Below are positions 36,468 through 46,053 of a stretch of DNA of 55,243 nucleotides, piece by piece (within the stretch, counting starts at the first letter, position 1; every line of letters starts with the position of its first letter). This DNA is from a virus (taxonomy: Duplodnaviria > Caudoviricetes): the IMG/VR virus record IMGVR_UViG_3300032516_000034, positions 1 to 55,243 of that record; one strand, given 5' to 3'. Under the pieces are notes generated by a model. That model worked only from the letters and a program-made list of their open reading frames with translations, searched no databases and had not been told where the DNA came from. The position numbers and the translations under genes are program-made.

Positions 36468-37622
36468 CTATGCAAATGCGAACATTGGCACAGATTTAGT
36501 TCCTGCTTCATCCAGCGATACCGTGCTGTCCACAGGCTTAACTTCCCGACTAGCCATCGGTAGTTGTTTTCGTAAGTTAATTGCGGCATTGATGTCCCTA
36601 TCAATTGTTAAACCGCAGTTTTCGCAGTGATATACCCTGTCAAACAATTTCAAATCCTGTTTGATATTGCCACAGCCACTACAGGTTTTGCTCGACGGGT
36701 AAAACCTATCGGCAGTATGTAGTTCAGTGCCATACCATACGGATTTGTACTCGAACTGTCGTCTTGCTTCACCAAAACTGGCGTCCATCAAGTGTCTGGC
36801 CAGTTTGTGGTTTTTTACCATATTTTCCACAGCAAGGTCTTCAATACAGATGGCTTGGCTTTCGCGCACCAGCATTGTCGTGGCCTTGTGTAGAAAATCG
36901 TTTCGTTGACAAGAAATTCGGTAATGCAGTTTGGACAAGCGAAGCTTGGCTTTTTCTCGATTTTTGGAGCCTTTGACTTTTTTGGATAACTGCCGTGATT
37001 TGGATTGCAGTCGTTTCAGGTTTTTAGCCAGTGATTTCGGGCCTTGAAACTGTCGGCCATCGGAAATAGTCATTGTGTTTTTGATTCCCAAGTCAACACC
37101 GAGTTGTTTGTCGCCAGTCTTTGGCTTCAGGATCGGCTTCGCATCAACACAGACGGATAAGAACCATTTGTTCGCAGTTCTTGATACGGTGCCCGACATG
37201 ATTTTGCCTTGGAAGCGCAGTGGCTCTCTCAGGCGTATCCAGCCGATAACTGGCAATCGTACTTTTTTACCTTCGATATGAAATTTTTCATTGGCTATCT
37301 GAAACGAATCATGGATACCCTTCTTGTGAAATATTGGATGCTTAGAAACACCTTTGAAAAAAGCCGTGAAAGCTCTGCCAAGATTAAGGAATGGTAAGGC
37401 ATGGGCGTCACGATGGATCAACTCAAGCCACGGGAATTGCTGGTATTTGATGGCATTAAATTGCTTTCTTAGTTTGTAGGCTGTCGGCTTTTCACCGGCT
37501 TCGTATTGGCGATTCCATTCAGAAAGAGCCCAGTTGTAAACGAACCGAGCGGTGCCGCAGGCTTGTTTGAAATACGCAACCTGCGATTTACTTGGCCTTA
37601 GCTCTATTTTGTGGGCTATCAT
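36468..37622 (-). CDS. tnpB: RNA-guided endonuclease TnpB with intact D-E-D triad
   Basis: GVDLG, ICIEDL, CSGC...CENC, DRDINAA, and the N-terminal HTH. Confidence 0.95.
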   Translation of the reverse strand: MIAHKIELRPSKSQVAYFKQACGTARFVYNWALSEWNRQYEAGEKPTAYKLRKQFNAIKYQQFPWLELIHRDAHALPFLNLGRAFTAFFKGVSKHPIFHKKGIHDSFQIANEKFHIEGKKVRLPVIGWIRLREPLRFQGKIMSGTVSRTANKWFLSVCVDAKPILKPKTGDKQLGVDLGIKNTMTISDGRQFQGPKSLAKNLKRLQSKSRQLSKKVKGSKNREKAKLRLSKLHYRISCQRNDFLHKATTMLVRESQAICIEDLAVENMVKNHKLARHLMDASFGEARRQFEYKSVWYGTELHTADRFYPSSKTCSGCGNIKQDLKLFDRVYHCENCGLTIDRDINAAINLRKQLPMASREVKPVDSTVSLDEAGTKSVPMFAFA

Positions 37623-37750
37623 TTCTTGCGTCTCAGTTTATTCAGTCGCTCCATGTGTTCCCTGCGTCTTTGACGCTCTTCCTTGGTAAGAGTTTTCGGA
37701 ATGCCTTTTCCAAGTCTACCAAGCTCTTGAGCTGCTTTATTCAATGTCAT
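37619..37750 (-). CDS. 43-aa basic helical protein coupled to tnpB
   Basis: MTLNKAAQELGRLGKGIPKTLTKEERQRRREHMERLNKLRRKK; ATGA overlap with tnpB. Confidence 0.75.
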   Translation of the reverse strand: MTLNKAAQELGRLGKGIPKTLTKEERQRRREHMERLNKLRRKK

Positions 37751-37756
37751 AAAATG

Positions 37757-37785
37757 AATATCTCACACAAAGCGTTTTCTGTCAA
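37757..37785 (-). promoter_or_regulatory. Sigma70-like promoter of the second tnpB element
   Basis: TTGACA-17nt-GATATT with a TG extension, 6 nt before the ATG. Confidence 0.55.
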
Positions 37786-37828
37786 CAACTGTTTTCTCTT
37801 TTCCACGCCCACACTATACGATTCTCTG

Positions 37829-38470
37829 CTAGAAAACTTCCACCGAAGATACACCGTCACTTTCTGTCACCTCATATGTCCGCTCTGCAAAATCCCTGAG
37901 CCGCTCATGGTGAGAACACATGATAATCTGCATACCGAGCTTGTCCGTCAGAAGCCGCAGGAATTTTCCAACCAGTTCGATGCGCTCCAAATCCATGTGC
38001 TTCCAGCACTCATCCAAGACGCATACCCTGTCCGTCTGCTTGGAACCCAGCAGCACCATTAGCCGCAACGGAACGGAAATCGTATCCGACATGCCGCCAC
38101 CGAAGCCAACCATGTCTCGCCGCACTTCACCCTCTGCTATATCGCGCACCATCTCGATTTCCAGACAGGATCGGTTGTTCTTCACCGAGTAAGACAGTTC
38201 GACTCGGTAGCTCTTGCCGTAGATCAACTGAACAGCTTCGGAAATGACGGACTCGATTTTTCCCTTCATGGTTCCCCTGCGTTGGTCAGCGAAACTCATA
38301 ATGAACCCAAGAGCCTCTTGCGCTATCGACAACTCTCCAGCAAGACGAATTATCTTTGATTCGCACTCAGCTATCTGTCTTCCTAGTAGATCGTTTTCGA
38401 TCTGCTTCTTGTGAAGAATGTCATTTCTTCTCTGACATTCTTGCTTTATATCCTCGAATTCTGAAATCAT
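37829..38470 (-). CDS. Rad50/SbcC-like ABC ATPase, C-terminal half only
   Basis: Coiled coil, signature FGGG, Walker B CVLDE and H-loop CSH; no Walker A. Confidence 0.8.
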   Translation of the reverse strand: MISEFEDIKQECQRRNDILHKKQIENDLLGRQIAECESKIIRLAGELSIAQEALGFIMSFADQRRGTMKGKIESVISEAVQLIYGKSYRVELSYSVKNNRSCLEIEMVRDIAEGEVRRDMVGFGGGMSDTISVPLRLMVLLGSKQTDRVCVLDECWKHMDLERIELVGKFLRLLTDKLGMQIIMCSHHERLRDFAERTYEVTESDGVSSVEVF

Positions 38471-38672
38471 TACCCATCATCCTTTCCGAGTGAGCCTGAC
38501 AAAAACAGAGAGGGCAGCCCGAACTTCTCGCCCTACTTCTTTCTTTAACAGCAGTCTGCCATTCGTGTCCTTTCTCGCAAAGCCACCAAACTTTTTTCGC
38601 ACTCGCCCGACCGATCTGATCGGGAGTTAAATTCCCATTTTTCATGGATTGAATAATATACTCATATCTCAC
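38421..38672 (-). CDS. Zinc-ribbon domain protein
   Basis: LTPDQI...SAKKVWWLCEKGHEW...R...GCPLC. Confidence 0.75.
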   Translation of the reverse strand: MRYEYIIQSMKNGNLTPDQIGRASAKKVWWLCEKGHEWQTAVKERSRARSSGCPLCFCQAHSERMMGNDFRIRGYKARMSEKK

Positions 38673-38721
38673 TCCTTCTCTGTTTGTGTTATTCTGCCTT
38701 TCATCACACTATACGCCGCAG

Positions 38722-38961
38722 CTACACGATCCTGTTCTGATATCTTTGCAGACACTTCTGGCACCGAGTAATATTCTGTCCACCCCACCCAACACTGAAC
38801 GGGAACTTTGTGCTTCCAGTCCTGATCGTTCTGCCGCATAAAACCCTGAAATCCCAGTTGTCCTTCGAGATTCGTATATGCACGACATTGCTGTCATGCG
38901 CCCTTGTGTTTAAGATTCCTTCTTCGTGGAACAGAATTGTTTTCCAATCGTCCTTTTTCAT
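38722..38961 (-). CDS. Hypothetical protein
   Basis: 79 aa with an H...LCG...CQKC pattern. Confidence 0.55.
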   Translation of the reverse strand: MKKDDWKTILFHEEGILNTRAHDSNVVHIRISKDNWDFRVLCGRTIRTGSTKFPFSVGWGGQNITRCQKCLQRYQNRIV

Positions 38962-39172
38962 CCTTCTTCTCCTTCTGCCCGCACTGGGCGATCAGCTCGC
39001 CAATCGCCGCGTCGATGTCCTTCCCGTGGCCTTTGTTTTCTTCCAGCATGGACAGGAAGAACCTGCTGAACACATAATCCGTCAGAATGTTGTCCTTGTT
39101 GCAGGACGGATACCCGAACTCTTGCAGGTTCTTCACCCCTGCCGCAATCAGCTTGTCGCGTATTTCGTTCAT
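38894..39172 (-). CDS. Hypothetical protein
   Basis: Probable start MNEIRD (ATGA overlap, AAGGAG RBS). Confidence 0.6.
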   Translation of the reverse strand: MNEIRDKLIAAGVKNLQEFGYPSCNKDNILTDYVFSRFFLSMLEENKGHGKDIDAAIGELIAQCGQKEKKDEKGRLENNSVPRRRNLKHKGA

Positions 39173-39426
39173 GACTTCTCCTTCCACGCCCTGCATCCAT
39201 TCAGGCAAAATGAACACGGCCTATCCCGGTCAACACAACTGCGACACGCCTTTGCGAGAAACACGTCAATGCCGTCGTCCGGGTCATCCACAAGTTCCTG
39301 AAGCCGCCGTGGCGAAAACGAGTCAATGCCTAGAATATGCTCGCCCCACCTTTTGATTTCATCTTTCGTGTGGGTGCCGCTCGGACGGGCACAGCGATAA
39401 ATTTCCATCAGCTCTGGCATTATCAT
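39169..39426 (-). CDS. Hypothetical Cys-rich protein
   Basis: 85 aa with ATGA overlaps on both sides. Confidence 0.6.
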   Translation of the reverse strand: MIMPELMEIYRCARPSGTHTKDEIKRWGEHILGIDSFSPRRLQELVDDPDDGIDVFLAKACRSCVDRDRPCSFCLNGCRAWKEKS

Positions 39427-39821
39427 CGTAACTTCGCCTCCTGTGCTTCTGGCGGGACATCAATGCGATAGTATGTCATGCCCTTGCATTCGATGCCGCG
39501 AATCTCACAGCTTTTCCTGAATGCCCATTGCTTGTCCGATTCCATTAACACTTCCCACACCAGAAGTCCAAAGCAGCAGGCGGCCATTTCTTCATTGAAG
39601 CCACACGCCTTTTCGCAGATCGGCATAAAAACCGTGCCCGCCCAATCGTTGCCGGGAATATGACTGGAAGTGAAGACCTGCTTGCCCTCGACATACCGCT
39701 CGATTGCCGAACGCATAGCCGCTATCTCGTCTGCGGAGAGCTTGCTCATCCATACCCGATAGTCTTTCCCGTGCGGAATAGACTTCATCTTCGTCACCGC
39801 TGAGTCAATTGCGTAAATCAT
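39423..39821 (-). CDS. Hypothetical protein
   Basis: Probable start MIYAID with AAGGAG RBS. Confidence 0.7.
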   Translation of the reverse strand: MIYAIDSAVTKMKSIPHGKDYRVWMSKLSADEIAAMRSAIERYVEGKQVFTSSHIPGNDWAGTVFMPICEKACGFNEEMAACCFGLLVWEVLMESDKQWAFRKSCEIRGIECKGMTYYRIDVPPEAQEAKLR

Positions 39822-40012
39822 AGTTTCTCCTTCCATCTCCACTGCTCTTCCGTGCCGTCAGGATGCACAATCACAAATCCTTCATGCTGATACTGGTGGT
39901 TATGGCACCACCGCCGAGCGGTCTTCCTGCTGGCAAACTTGCCATCGAAGAACACCTTCTTCGACTTGGGGTGCGTGCCGCGCCAGTACACTTTGTATAC
40001 TTCGCCGATCAT
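39818..40012 (-). CDS. Hypothetical protein
   Basis: 64 aa, packed in the operon. Confidence 0.55.
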   Translation of the reverse strand: MIGEVYKVYWRGTHPKSKKVFFDGKFASRKTARRWCHNHQYQHEGFVIVHPDGTEEQWRWKEKL

Positions 40013-40014
40013 GC

Positions 40015-40287
40015 TTATTCCTGTCTTAAAATCTGCCTGACTCTTTTTATTTCAGTCAAAGCACGAGACAGTTTCACATCGTCGTTGAACAACATCTTGT
40101 GAGCAAGATCGGCGCATTTCTCGGCGTTCTCGAACAATAAAACCATCCTGCCATCAGGTGAGCGGACATTCGTTACAGGCCTCATTTCGTTACAAAGAAG
40201 CCAGATGATCGTCGGGAAATCCGATGTCGTATACACCTTGCCGTATTCCGGCACTTCCTTTATTCCACATATAGCTTCTTTCGCCAT
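40015..40287 (-). CDS. Hypothetical protein (DUF5659-like)
   Basis: YTTSDFPTIIWLLC...RMVLLFE; start MAKEAI. Confidence 0.55.
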   Translation of the reverse strand: MAKEAICGIKEVPEYGKVYTTSDFPTIIWLLCNEMRPVTNVRSPDGRMVLLFENAEKCADLAHKMLFNDDVKLSRALTEIKRVRQILRQE

Positions 40288-40538
40288 TATCGTTTTCCCT
40301 TCCACATCTTTATTTCGCCGACGACCGCCCGCCTGAGTGTCGGGTAGTAGTGATATACCGTTGACCCATGAGTGAACATTTCGCAATCCGACTTGGTATC
40401 CACGTCAGCAGCTTTGGCATACGAGATGCCATATCCCGCCCTTCTGACATAGATGTTATACACGGCCAGATTCTTTCTGCCCACGATGAGCCGTAGCTCC
40501 CACAGCAACGCGGATGTGTCTCTGCCTTTCGTTTTCAT
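40287..40538 (-). CDS. Hypothetical protein
   Basis: 83 aa with a TAATG overlap. Confidence 0.6.
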   Translation of the reverse strand: MKTKGRDTSALLWELRLIVGRKNLAVYNIYVRRAGYGISYAKAADVDTKSDCEMFTHGSTVYHYYPTLRRAVVGEIKMWKGKR

Positions 40539-40539
40539 T

Positions 40540-40782
40540 TCAGCATTTCCTTGAACTTGTGTCTCCCATTATCTCTTCGGGAGTCTCCAGCACATGGAAC
40601 TGCTGCTTGTTCTTGAGTGTTACCTTTGTAAAAGCGGGAAACTCCATCCCTTCGAGTCCCCGAGTAAACAGCGTCGGCTCTCTTCCTGCCAAGACTTCCT
40701 TGGGATGTCGAGTCATAGAAATAACATCCTTTGGGTCGAACCAAACCACCTGTTTTGTTGTGTTGGAATGAAACTTCTTCAC
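40540..40782 (-). CDS. Hypothetical protein (FlbD-like tail)
   Basis: TKVTLKN...FHVLETPEEI; GTGA overlap with the ligase stop. Confidence 0.55.
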   Translation of the reverse strand: MKKFHSNTTKQVVWFDPKDVISMTRHPKEVLAGREPTLFTRGLEGMEFPAFTKVTLKNKQQFHVLETPEEIMGDTSSRKC

Positions 40783-42716
40783 CCGATCATCTCCTTGAAC
40801 TGTTGCTCGTTCAGTATCGTGATGCCCAGCTTCTTCGCCTTGTCCAGTTTGCTCCCCGCGTCTTCGCCGACAATCAGATAGCCCAGATTCTTGCTGACTC
40901 CCGAAGCCACGCTGCCCCCATTATCGGCGATGAGCTTCTCGAAAACCTTCCTCGGCTCCGACAGCGTGCCAGTAATCAAGAATGTCTTCCCCGCCAGCTT
41001 ACCCGTAGCTTCCTGCACATCCAGCACATCTATCACCTGAGTCAGCCGCTCGATCATCGGCCCCATTGTCTTCAAGCCGCCGATAATCTTCGCAGCCGTC
41101 ACATCGGCAATACCGTCAATCGCCATCAGTTCCTGCGCGGCACTGAAAACATCCGCAAGATGAATCACAGCCTTCAGCTTCTTGAAGTTGTTCGCCACAT
41201 CCCGTGATGTTGTCGTCCCGAGGCCATCAATGCCGAGCGCATCGAGAAACACCGCGAGCGGTATCTTGTTCTTTTCCAGTATGGCCGTCAGCACATTCTC
41301 TGCCGCTTGCTGTCCGCCCGTGACTTCCTTAATCTGATCGAGCGTCAAATCATACAGATCGGGGACATCCTTGATGAAGCCCGCGCCGCACAGCCCCGAG
41401 ATAGTGCCAATGCCGACATCCATAATGTCCAGCGTCTTGACATAGTGCAATACCCTGCGTTCAAGTTGCGCGGGACAGATCGGATTGCGGCACCACAGGT
41501 TGACCTTCTTTTCGTCATCCTTGTCGTAATCTGTCAGTTCGCCACAAGACGGACATGGAACATATGTCAGTATTGTCGGGCCTTTCCTGTTCGTGCGATC
41601 AACGGTTTGGATAATCTGCGGAATAATTTCACCCGCCTTGCAAATCAATACATCGTCCCCTGCGGCAACATCCAGTATCCGCACATTGGCCGCATTGTGA
41701 AGAGTGATGTTGCTCAGAGTGCTACCTGAAACCAGCGTGGGTTCAATACGAGCCATCGGCGTAAGCCTGCCCGTCCTGCCCACCTGCCAGTCAATCTGGA
41801 GAACCGTGGCCGTCTTCTGCTCAGGGCGGAACTTATAGGCCAGCTTACCACGGGGCCTTTTGCCATTCCAGCCCGCCTCATCCTGATCGGCAATCGAGTT
41901 CAGCGCGAGCACAAGTCCATCAATCTCGTAATCCAGCTTGAGTCGCCGAACTTCCCATGCGTTGGCCAGCGATTGAAAATCTTTCGGGAATACAGCCTGC
42001 GCTTCCACGAGATCAAAACCAGTGAGATTCGTCGTCATCCACGCCCGCTTGTCTTTCTCTGCTTCAAACTGACGAGAAAACAGAATCACATCGTAGACAA
42101 ACAGGCTCAATCCACGGGATGCCGTAACTGCCGCGTCTTTGGCCATCAACGAGCCAGATGCCGCATTGCGCGGATTGGCGAATTCCACGGCCCCAGTCTC
42201 CCGAAGCAAATTGAATGCGGATTTCGACATGTAAATTTCACCGCGAACCTCAATCTCGGGATACGACGCCAATGTTGCGACATACTTCGGAATGCTGCTG
42301 ATCGCCCGTATGTTATCGGACAGGTCTTGGCCGACAAGGCCATCCCCGCGAGAAGCTGCTTCTACGAACTTGCCGTTGCGGTAGACAAGCCTCACACTGA
42401 GCCCATCTATCTTCGGGGTGACAATAAAACCGTCGCTCTTTGCCGCATGGCTGTTATACCACTTGTCAATTCCCGTAAGAGTAGTTTCCTTGTCGAGCGA
42501 ACCCATGATTTGCGAGTGCTTCACCTTGCGCCCATAGGACGGCACCGCGCCGACTTCCTGCAACACTGGATTCGTCGGATCGAGATTCTTCAGCTCGTCA
42601 ACCAGCGAGTCGTATTCGGCGTCGGTAATCTCTGGCTTGCTCTGGTTGAAATACAAATCGGCATGATATCGGATCAAGCCTTCTAGTTCCTGCACTCTCT
42701 CTTCTTTTTTTGTCAT
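40779..42716 (-). CDS. ligA: NAD-dependent DNA ligase
   Basis: ITDAEYD, KIDG, EVRGE, NPRNAASG, QVGRTG, zinc finger, HhH repeats and BRCT (GSKLDKAKKLG). Confidence 0.97.
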   Translation of the reverse strand: MTKKEERVQELEGLIRYHADLYFNQSKPEITDAEYDSLVDELKNLDPTNPVLQEVGAVPSYGRKVKHSQIMGSLDKETTLTGIDKWYNSHAAKSDGFIVTPKIDGLSVRLVYRNGKFVEAASRGDGLVGQDLSDNIRAISSIPKYVATLASYPEIEVRGEIYMSKSAFNLLRETGAVEFANPRNAASGSLMAKDAAVTASRGLSLFVYDVILFSRQFEAEKDKRAWMTTNLTGFDLVEAQAVFPKDFQSLANAWEVRRLKLDYEIDGLVLALNSIADQDEAGWNGKRPRGKLAYKFRPEQKTATVLQIDWQVGRTGRLTPMARIEPTLVSGSTLSNITLHNAANVRILDVAAGDDVLICKAGEIIPQIIQTVDRTNRKGPTILTYVPCPSCGELTDYDKDDEKKVNLWCRNPICPAQLERRVLHYVKTLDIMDVGIGTISGLCGAGFIKDVPDLYDLTLDQIKEVTGGQQAAENVLTAILEKNKIPLAVFLDALGIDGLGTTTSRDVANNFKKLKAVIHLADVFSAAQELMAIDGIADVTAAKIIGGLKTMGPMIERLTQVIDVLDVQEATGKLAGKTFLITGTLSEPRKVFEKLIADNGGSVASGVSKNLGYLIVGEDAGSKLDKAKKLGITILNEQQFKEMIG

Positions 42717-42949
42717 TTCTTATTTCCTTTGGTAATGACTTTTATCCATCCCTCGGTTTGCCTGTCAGCCTTGAACGCTCTTTTTACCCTCGTCGGCTTT
42801 GACACTGGTTTGTTTAGATCGCCGTAAACCTCCAGAAGCACTCTCTTCAGTTTCGCTATAATTGGTTGCATTCTCGGCTGGCTGATAGCCATCACTCTTG
42901 TCACGGCTATCATAAGCCTCAGCAATTCGCCGAATTCCTTCTTCGTCAT
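42713..42949 (-). CDS. Hypothetical protein
   Basis: 78 aa with ATGA overlaps. Confidence 0.6.
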   Translation of the reverse strand: MTKKEFGELLRLMIAVTRVMAISQPRMQPIIAKLKRVLLEVYGDLNKPVSKPTRVKRAFKADRQTEGWIKVITKGNKK

Positions 42950-43155
42950 TTCGTCTTCCCCTGTTTCGGCTTCAGAACATCATACGTCTTGCGAAGCACC
43001 TGCTCCAGTTTCTCCTGAGCTTTGTCACTGAAATGTTTTGAATACTCGCCGTTGTCGGCTGATTCCGAACCGTAATTATCGCCACAACTGTCACACAAAT
43101 CTTTGGAGGCTATATACAGCTCTCGGAGCAATTTCTCTATTTCTTTCTTCGTCAT
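42946..43155 (-). CDS. Hypothetical protein
   Basis: 69 aa with an ATGA overlap. Confidence 0.6.
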   Translation of the reverse strand: MTKKEIEKLLRELYIASKDLCDSCGDNYGSESADNGEYSKHFSDKAQEKLEQVLRKTYDVLKPKQGKTK

Positions 43156-43181
43156 CGTCTCAGCCTTTCTTCAAAGCCCTA

Positions 43182-43218
43182 GCGGGGCCGCTGGAGTTTA
43201 TCTCGCAGTCGGCCCCGC
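43182..43218 (-). other. Strong intergenic hairpin without a U-tract
   Basis: GCGGGGCCG...CGGCCCCGC with further internal pairing. Confidence 0.5.
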
Positions 43219-43234
43219 CACCCTTTGTCCACCC

Positions 43235-44071
43235 TTACGCTGCCTGCCGAAGCTGGCTGATTTTCTCAGCAACCTGCTTCACGGCATTCTCGATCTTATC
43301 GGCGACGCCCTCATACTTCGCCTCTTCGCCGAGCAAACCCTTATACGCCTCCATCAGTTCCTTGAGCCCCTCCAACTCGCTCTCCTTGTCCTTCGCCGCA
43401 TTTACGCGCTTCCCTATTTTGCCCACTGCCGCCAGCGTCTCCTCGATGCGCTGGTTGATTTCGTCTTCAACGGACTCCCATACATTCTGCCGCTCCTGCA
43501 CACCGTTGATGACTCCCTCGACGTAAATCTTGGCACCCGTCCCAAGTTCCCTGAGCACATTACGCACAGCCTGCACCTTTTCGACATATTTCTCGGGGAT
43601 GAAGTAGATGCCGCCAGAAGGCCGCTTGGCCACACCGTAGCACTGGGCCACGACTTTCAGCAAGAAGGCCCGAACATCGCTATCGTTGATTTTGCCTTCG
43701 TAGGCCGCAACCGCTTCCAACACCTTATCGGCCAGATCGCCCTCGGCAGAAACCCTGCCGCTCGCCTTGTCCAACTTGACGAGTGTGTGCTGGCGATAGC
43801 TGACGCGCTCGGAATCATCCTGATTGAAATCGAGGATGCCGTATGACACCTCATCAGCATTTTCCCGAGCCTTCTCGGTAATCTTCTTGTCATCCCGAAC
43901 GCGCCTGTTGGCGAAACTGTCAGCAGCCCTGCGCACCACCTCGCGTCGTGTTGGCAACGGGATCGCCGATTTGTCGAAGCCGTTCGCCACGAGAACCGCT
44001 TGCGCCAATTTGCCGTCAACTACCAGAGCTGGCACCGTCCACCACACATTAGAACCGAAACTTCCACTCAT
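43235..44071 (-). CDS. Hypothetical protein (DUF6744/DUF3150-like)
   Basis: GSNVWWT, RPSGGIYFIP and a coiled-coil C-terminus; start MSGSF with AAGGAG. Confidence 0.7.
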   Translation of the reverse strand: MSGSFGSNVWWTVPALVVDGKLAQAVLVANGFDKSAIPLPTRREVVRRAADSFANRRVRDDKKITEKARENADEVSYGILDFNQDDSERVSYRQHTLVKLDKASGRVSAEGDLADKVLEAVAAYEGKINDSDVRAFLLKVVAQCYGVAKRPSGGIYFIPEKYVEKVQAVRNVLRELGTGAKIYVEGVINGVQERQNVWESVEDEINQRIEETLAAVGKIGKRVNAAKDKESELEGLKELMEAYKGLLGEEAKYEGVADKIENAVKQVAEKISQLRQAA

Positions 44072-44120
44072 GATTTTCTCCTTTGCGGCCTTGCCGCGTT
44101 TGTTTGTGCTGTTCATATAC

Positions 44121-44147
44121 ACATTGCAGAACAAACGCGGAAATCCA
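44121..44147 (-). promoter_or_regulatory. Motif E copy 3
   Basis: TGGATT-N13-TGCAATGT. Confidence 0.78.
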
Positions 44148-44228
44148 GAGAAATTGAAACTTTTTCAATCAACCAAAAACATTATACGTAGGAAGGCTTG
44201 AAGTCGTTGAGAAAAAAGACAGGATGGA

Positions 44229-44657
44229 TCAGGATGCCACTGCGGCCTCAGCGGCTGGTTGCACATCGAACCGCAATAGCTTGACGCGAGAAGGCATTGT
44301 GTTGTGGATGATGTTGTCAATCGTCTCGCCCCGATAAGCCGCTTCACGCAGGTAAGAATAAAGCTCGTTATCCTGCATATCGTCATTAGCATGTCGCCCA
44401 TAAACGAAAACAACCGCGTTGCCTATTTTCGCAATCGCGGTTGGTTCCTTGAAGCGGAACGTCCGTCCATTGACGGTTAGTTCCACCATACTTGAGAATA
44501 TGTCCCGGCACACTCTCTGAGCGATTCCTGTGCATTGGCGCGAGTTTCGGGATGGGGTGTTGAAGGTGATTTGCTTGCCTATCAGATGATATACCGCGTA
44601 ACGATCATGTCTCAAATCTGGTTCAGATAGCTCTTGCGCACAATTCTCGGCGACCAT
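44229..44657 (-). CDS. Hypothetical protein
   Basis: 142 aa with GGAGG RBS. Confidence 0.7.
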   Translation of the reverse strand: MVAENCAQELSEPDLRHDRYAVYHLIGKQITFNTPSRNSRQCTGIAQRVCRDIFSSMVELTVNGRTFRFKEPTAIAKIGNAVVFVYGRHANDDMQDNELYSYLREAAYRGETIDNIIHNTMPSRVKLLRFDVQPAAEAAVAS

Positions 44658-44721
44658 AGATAATCCTCCATATTTAAGAAAATCGGCTTTATCCTACGAC
44701 AAAGTAGAATATCTGACAAGC

Positions 44722-44756
44722 AAAAAGAAAAAGGCGGGAAAGTTGCGCTTCCCGCC
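44722..44756 (-). terminator. Rho-independent terminator
   Basis: GGCGGGAA-gcgcaact-TTCCCGCC followed by TTTTTCTTTTT, downstream of the CobS-like gene. Confidence 0.8.
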
Positions 44757-44790
44757 GAGCACCTTGGAGGGCAAATCCTCGGTGTTGAAA

Positions 44791-45987
44791 TTACAAGTAA
44801 TCCACATTGTCTTCAGTAAACTGTTGCAAAATATCCTTGCCGATGATCGCCACACACTGCTCGTTGTAAATCGGCTTCTCCTCGGGCAGCAACTGTTCAA
44901 ACGCCGTGTAGAATATCGCCTTGCCCAGATCGCGAAACACGCGATACATGTTGGCGATGTCCACAAGCCGTTTGGTGCTGAACGGGCTCGACAGCTTGCC
45001 GCTCTTGATGTGGCCCCGAATGGCATCACGGAACTTGAGCACCTGATTGACAACCTTGTCATCGCCAATCTTTTCCATCAGGATGTGCCGCTCGACATTC
45101 CTGTCATATCCCATGCGGAAGCAAACCGCGATACGGTTCAGCAAGGAAATATCAAGCGCATCCATCTGCGCGGTATACACAGTAGATTCGGAACTTGTTG
45201 CACCGCGCCCGACAGTGTTACCAGCGAGAATGATTCTGAACTTGCTGTGACTACGCACGATTCTGCCGCCATCTTCGGCGATTACCAGCGTGCGGCGGGG
45301 GTCATCGGATTCCAATAACCTGTTGATTCCGATGGCCACATGCGCAGGCATTGCAGCAGCTTCATCGATGAAAAGAACACCAGCCTCGCCCACTTCGTTC
45401 CCATCAGCATCGAGCCCTTCAACCATCGCCTGTTCGACAAGACCTTTCACGAACACAATCTTGTTCTGCTTTGTGGCATCGTCAATCGTAATGGATTTCT
45501 CGCCGAAGAAAGCTTCAGAACCCATGTCACCACGGCAGTTGATCTGGTAAAGCTTCCTGCCAACCTTTTGGGTGATATGATGGACTAATACGGTCTTGCC
45601 GCATTGTGTCGGCCCCGTCAACCACATCACATGACTGGCTTCGTCGAGAATCACATCGATTAAATCCTTGGCGACCTTCGGCGGCACATATGAGTGCTGT
45701 GTGCGTTTCGGTTGCGGCACTGCGGTTGGTTCAACTTCTTGTTTGGCCTTCGGCTTTGGTGCGGATTGAACACTGCCAATCCGCGAAATGATGATTGTGT
45801 TGCTACCTTTAGGATAGCTGATCGCAATCTTGGCTTTGGCCATCTCGAACCGAACTTCGGCCCGCCCAATAATCGGCACAATGTCGGCGATCATTGGATC
45901 ATTGATTGATACAGTGAGTTGGCCGCTGCCGCCCAGTATTTTTTCAATCTTCTCAACGACTTGTTGTATTTCAGCTTTGGTACTCAT
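44791..45987 (-). CDS. CobS/CbbQ-like MoxR AAA+ ATPase
   Basis: GPTQCGKT, LFIDE, AGNTVGRG, LDISLLNR and FSTKRL. Confidence 0.88.
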   Translation of the reverse strand: MSTKAEIQQVVEKIEKILGGSGQLTVSINDPMIADIVPIIGRAEVRFEMAKAKIAISYPKGSNTIIISRIGSVQSAPKPKAKQEVEPTAVPQPKRTQHSYVPPKVAKDLIDVILDEASHVMWLTGPTQCGKTVLVHHITQKVGRKLYQINCRGDMGSEAFFGEKSITIDDATKQNKIVFVKGLVEQAMVEGLDADGNEVGEAGVLFIDEAAAMPAHVAIGINRLLESDDPRRTLVIAEDGGRIVRSHSKFRIILAGNTVGRGATSSESTVYTAQMDALDISLLNRIAVCFRMGYDRNVERHILMEKIGDDKVVNQVLKFRDAIRGHIKSGKLSSPFSTKRLVDIANMYRVFRDLGKAIFYTAFEQLLPEEKPIYNEQCVAIIGKDILQQFTEDNVDYL

Positions 45988-46007
45988 ATGATTTGCCCTC
46001 CACAACA

Positions 46008-46034
46008 ACATTGCAACAGGAAGGCAGAAATCCA
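46008..46034 (-). promoter_or_regulatory. Motif E copy 4
   Basis: TGGATT-N13-TGCAATGT. Confidence 0.8.
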
Positions 46035-46053
46035 GAGATAATGCAGGTTTTTG

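Larger units (their letters stand above)
36454..37791 (-). mobile_element. Second tnpB-only element, possibly IS607-like; boundaries tentative
   Basis: tnpB plus a small upstream ORF and its own promoter. No IS605-type end hairpins were seen. CAG occurs at both proposed ends (aaaaCAG|ttgttgaca ... gaaaggtagCAG|cgaag). Confidence 0.55.
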
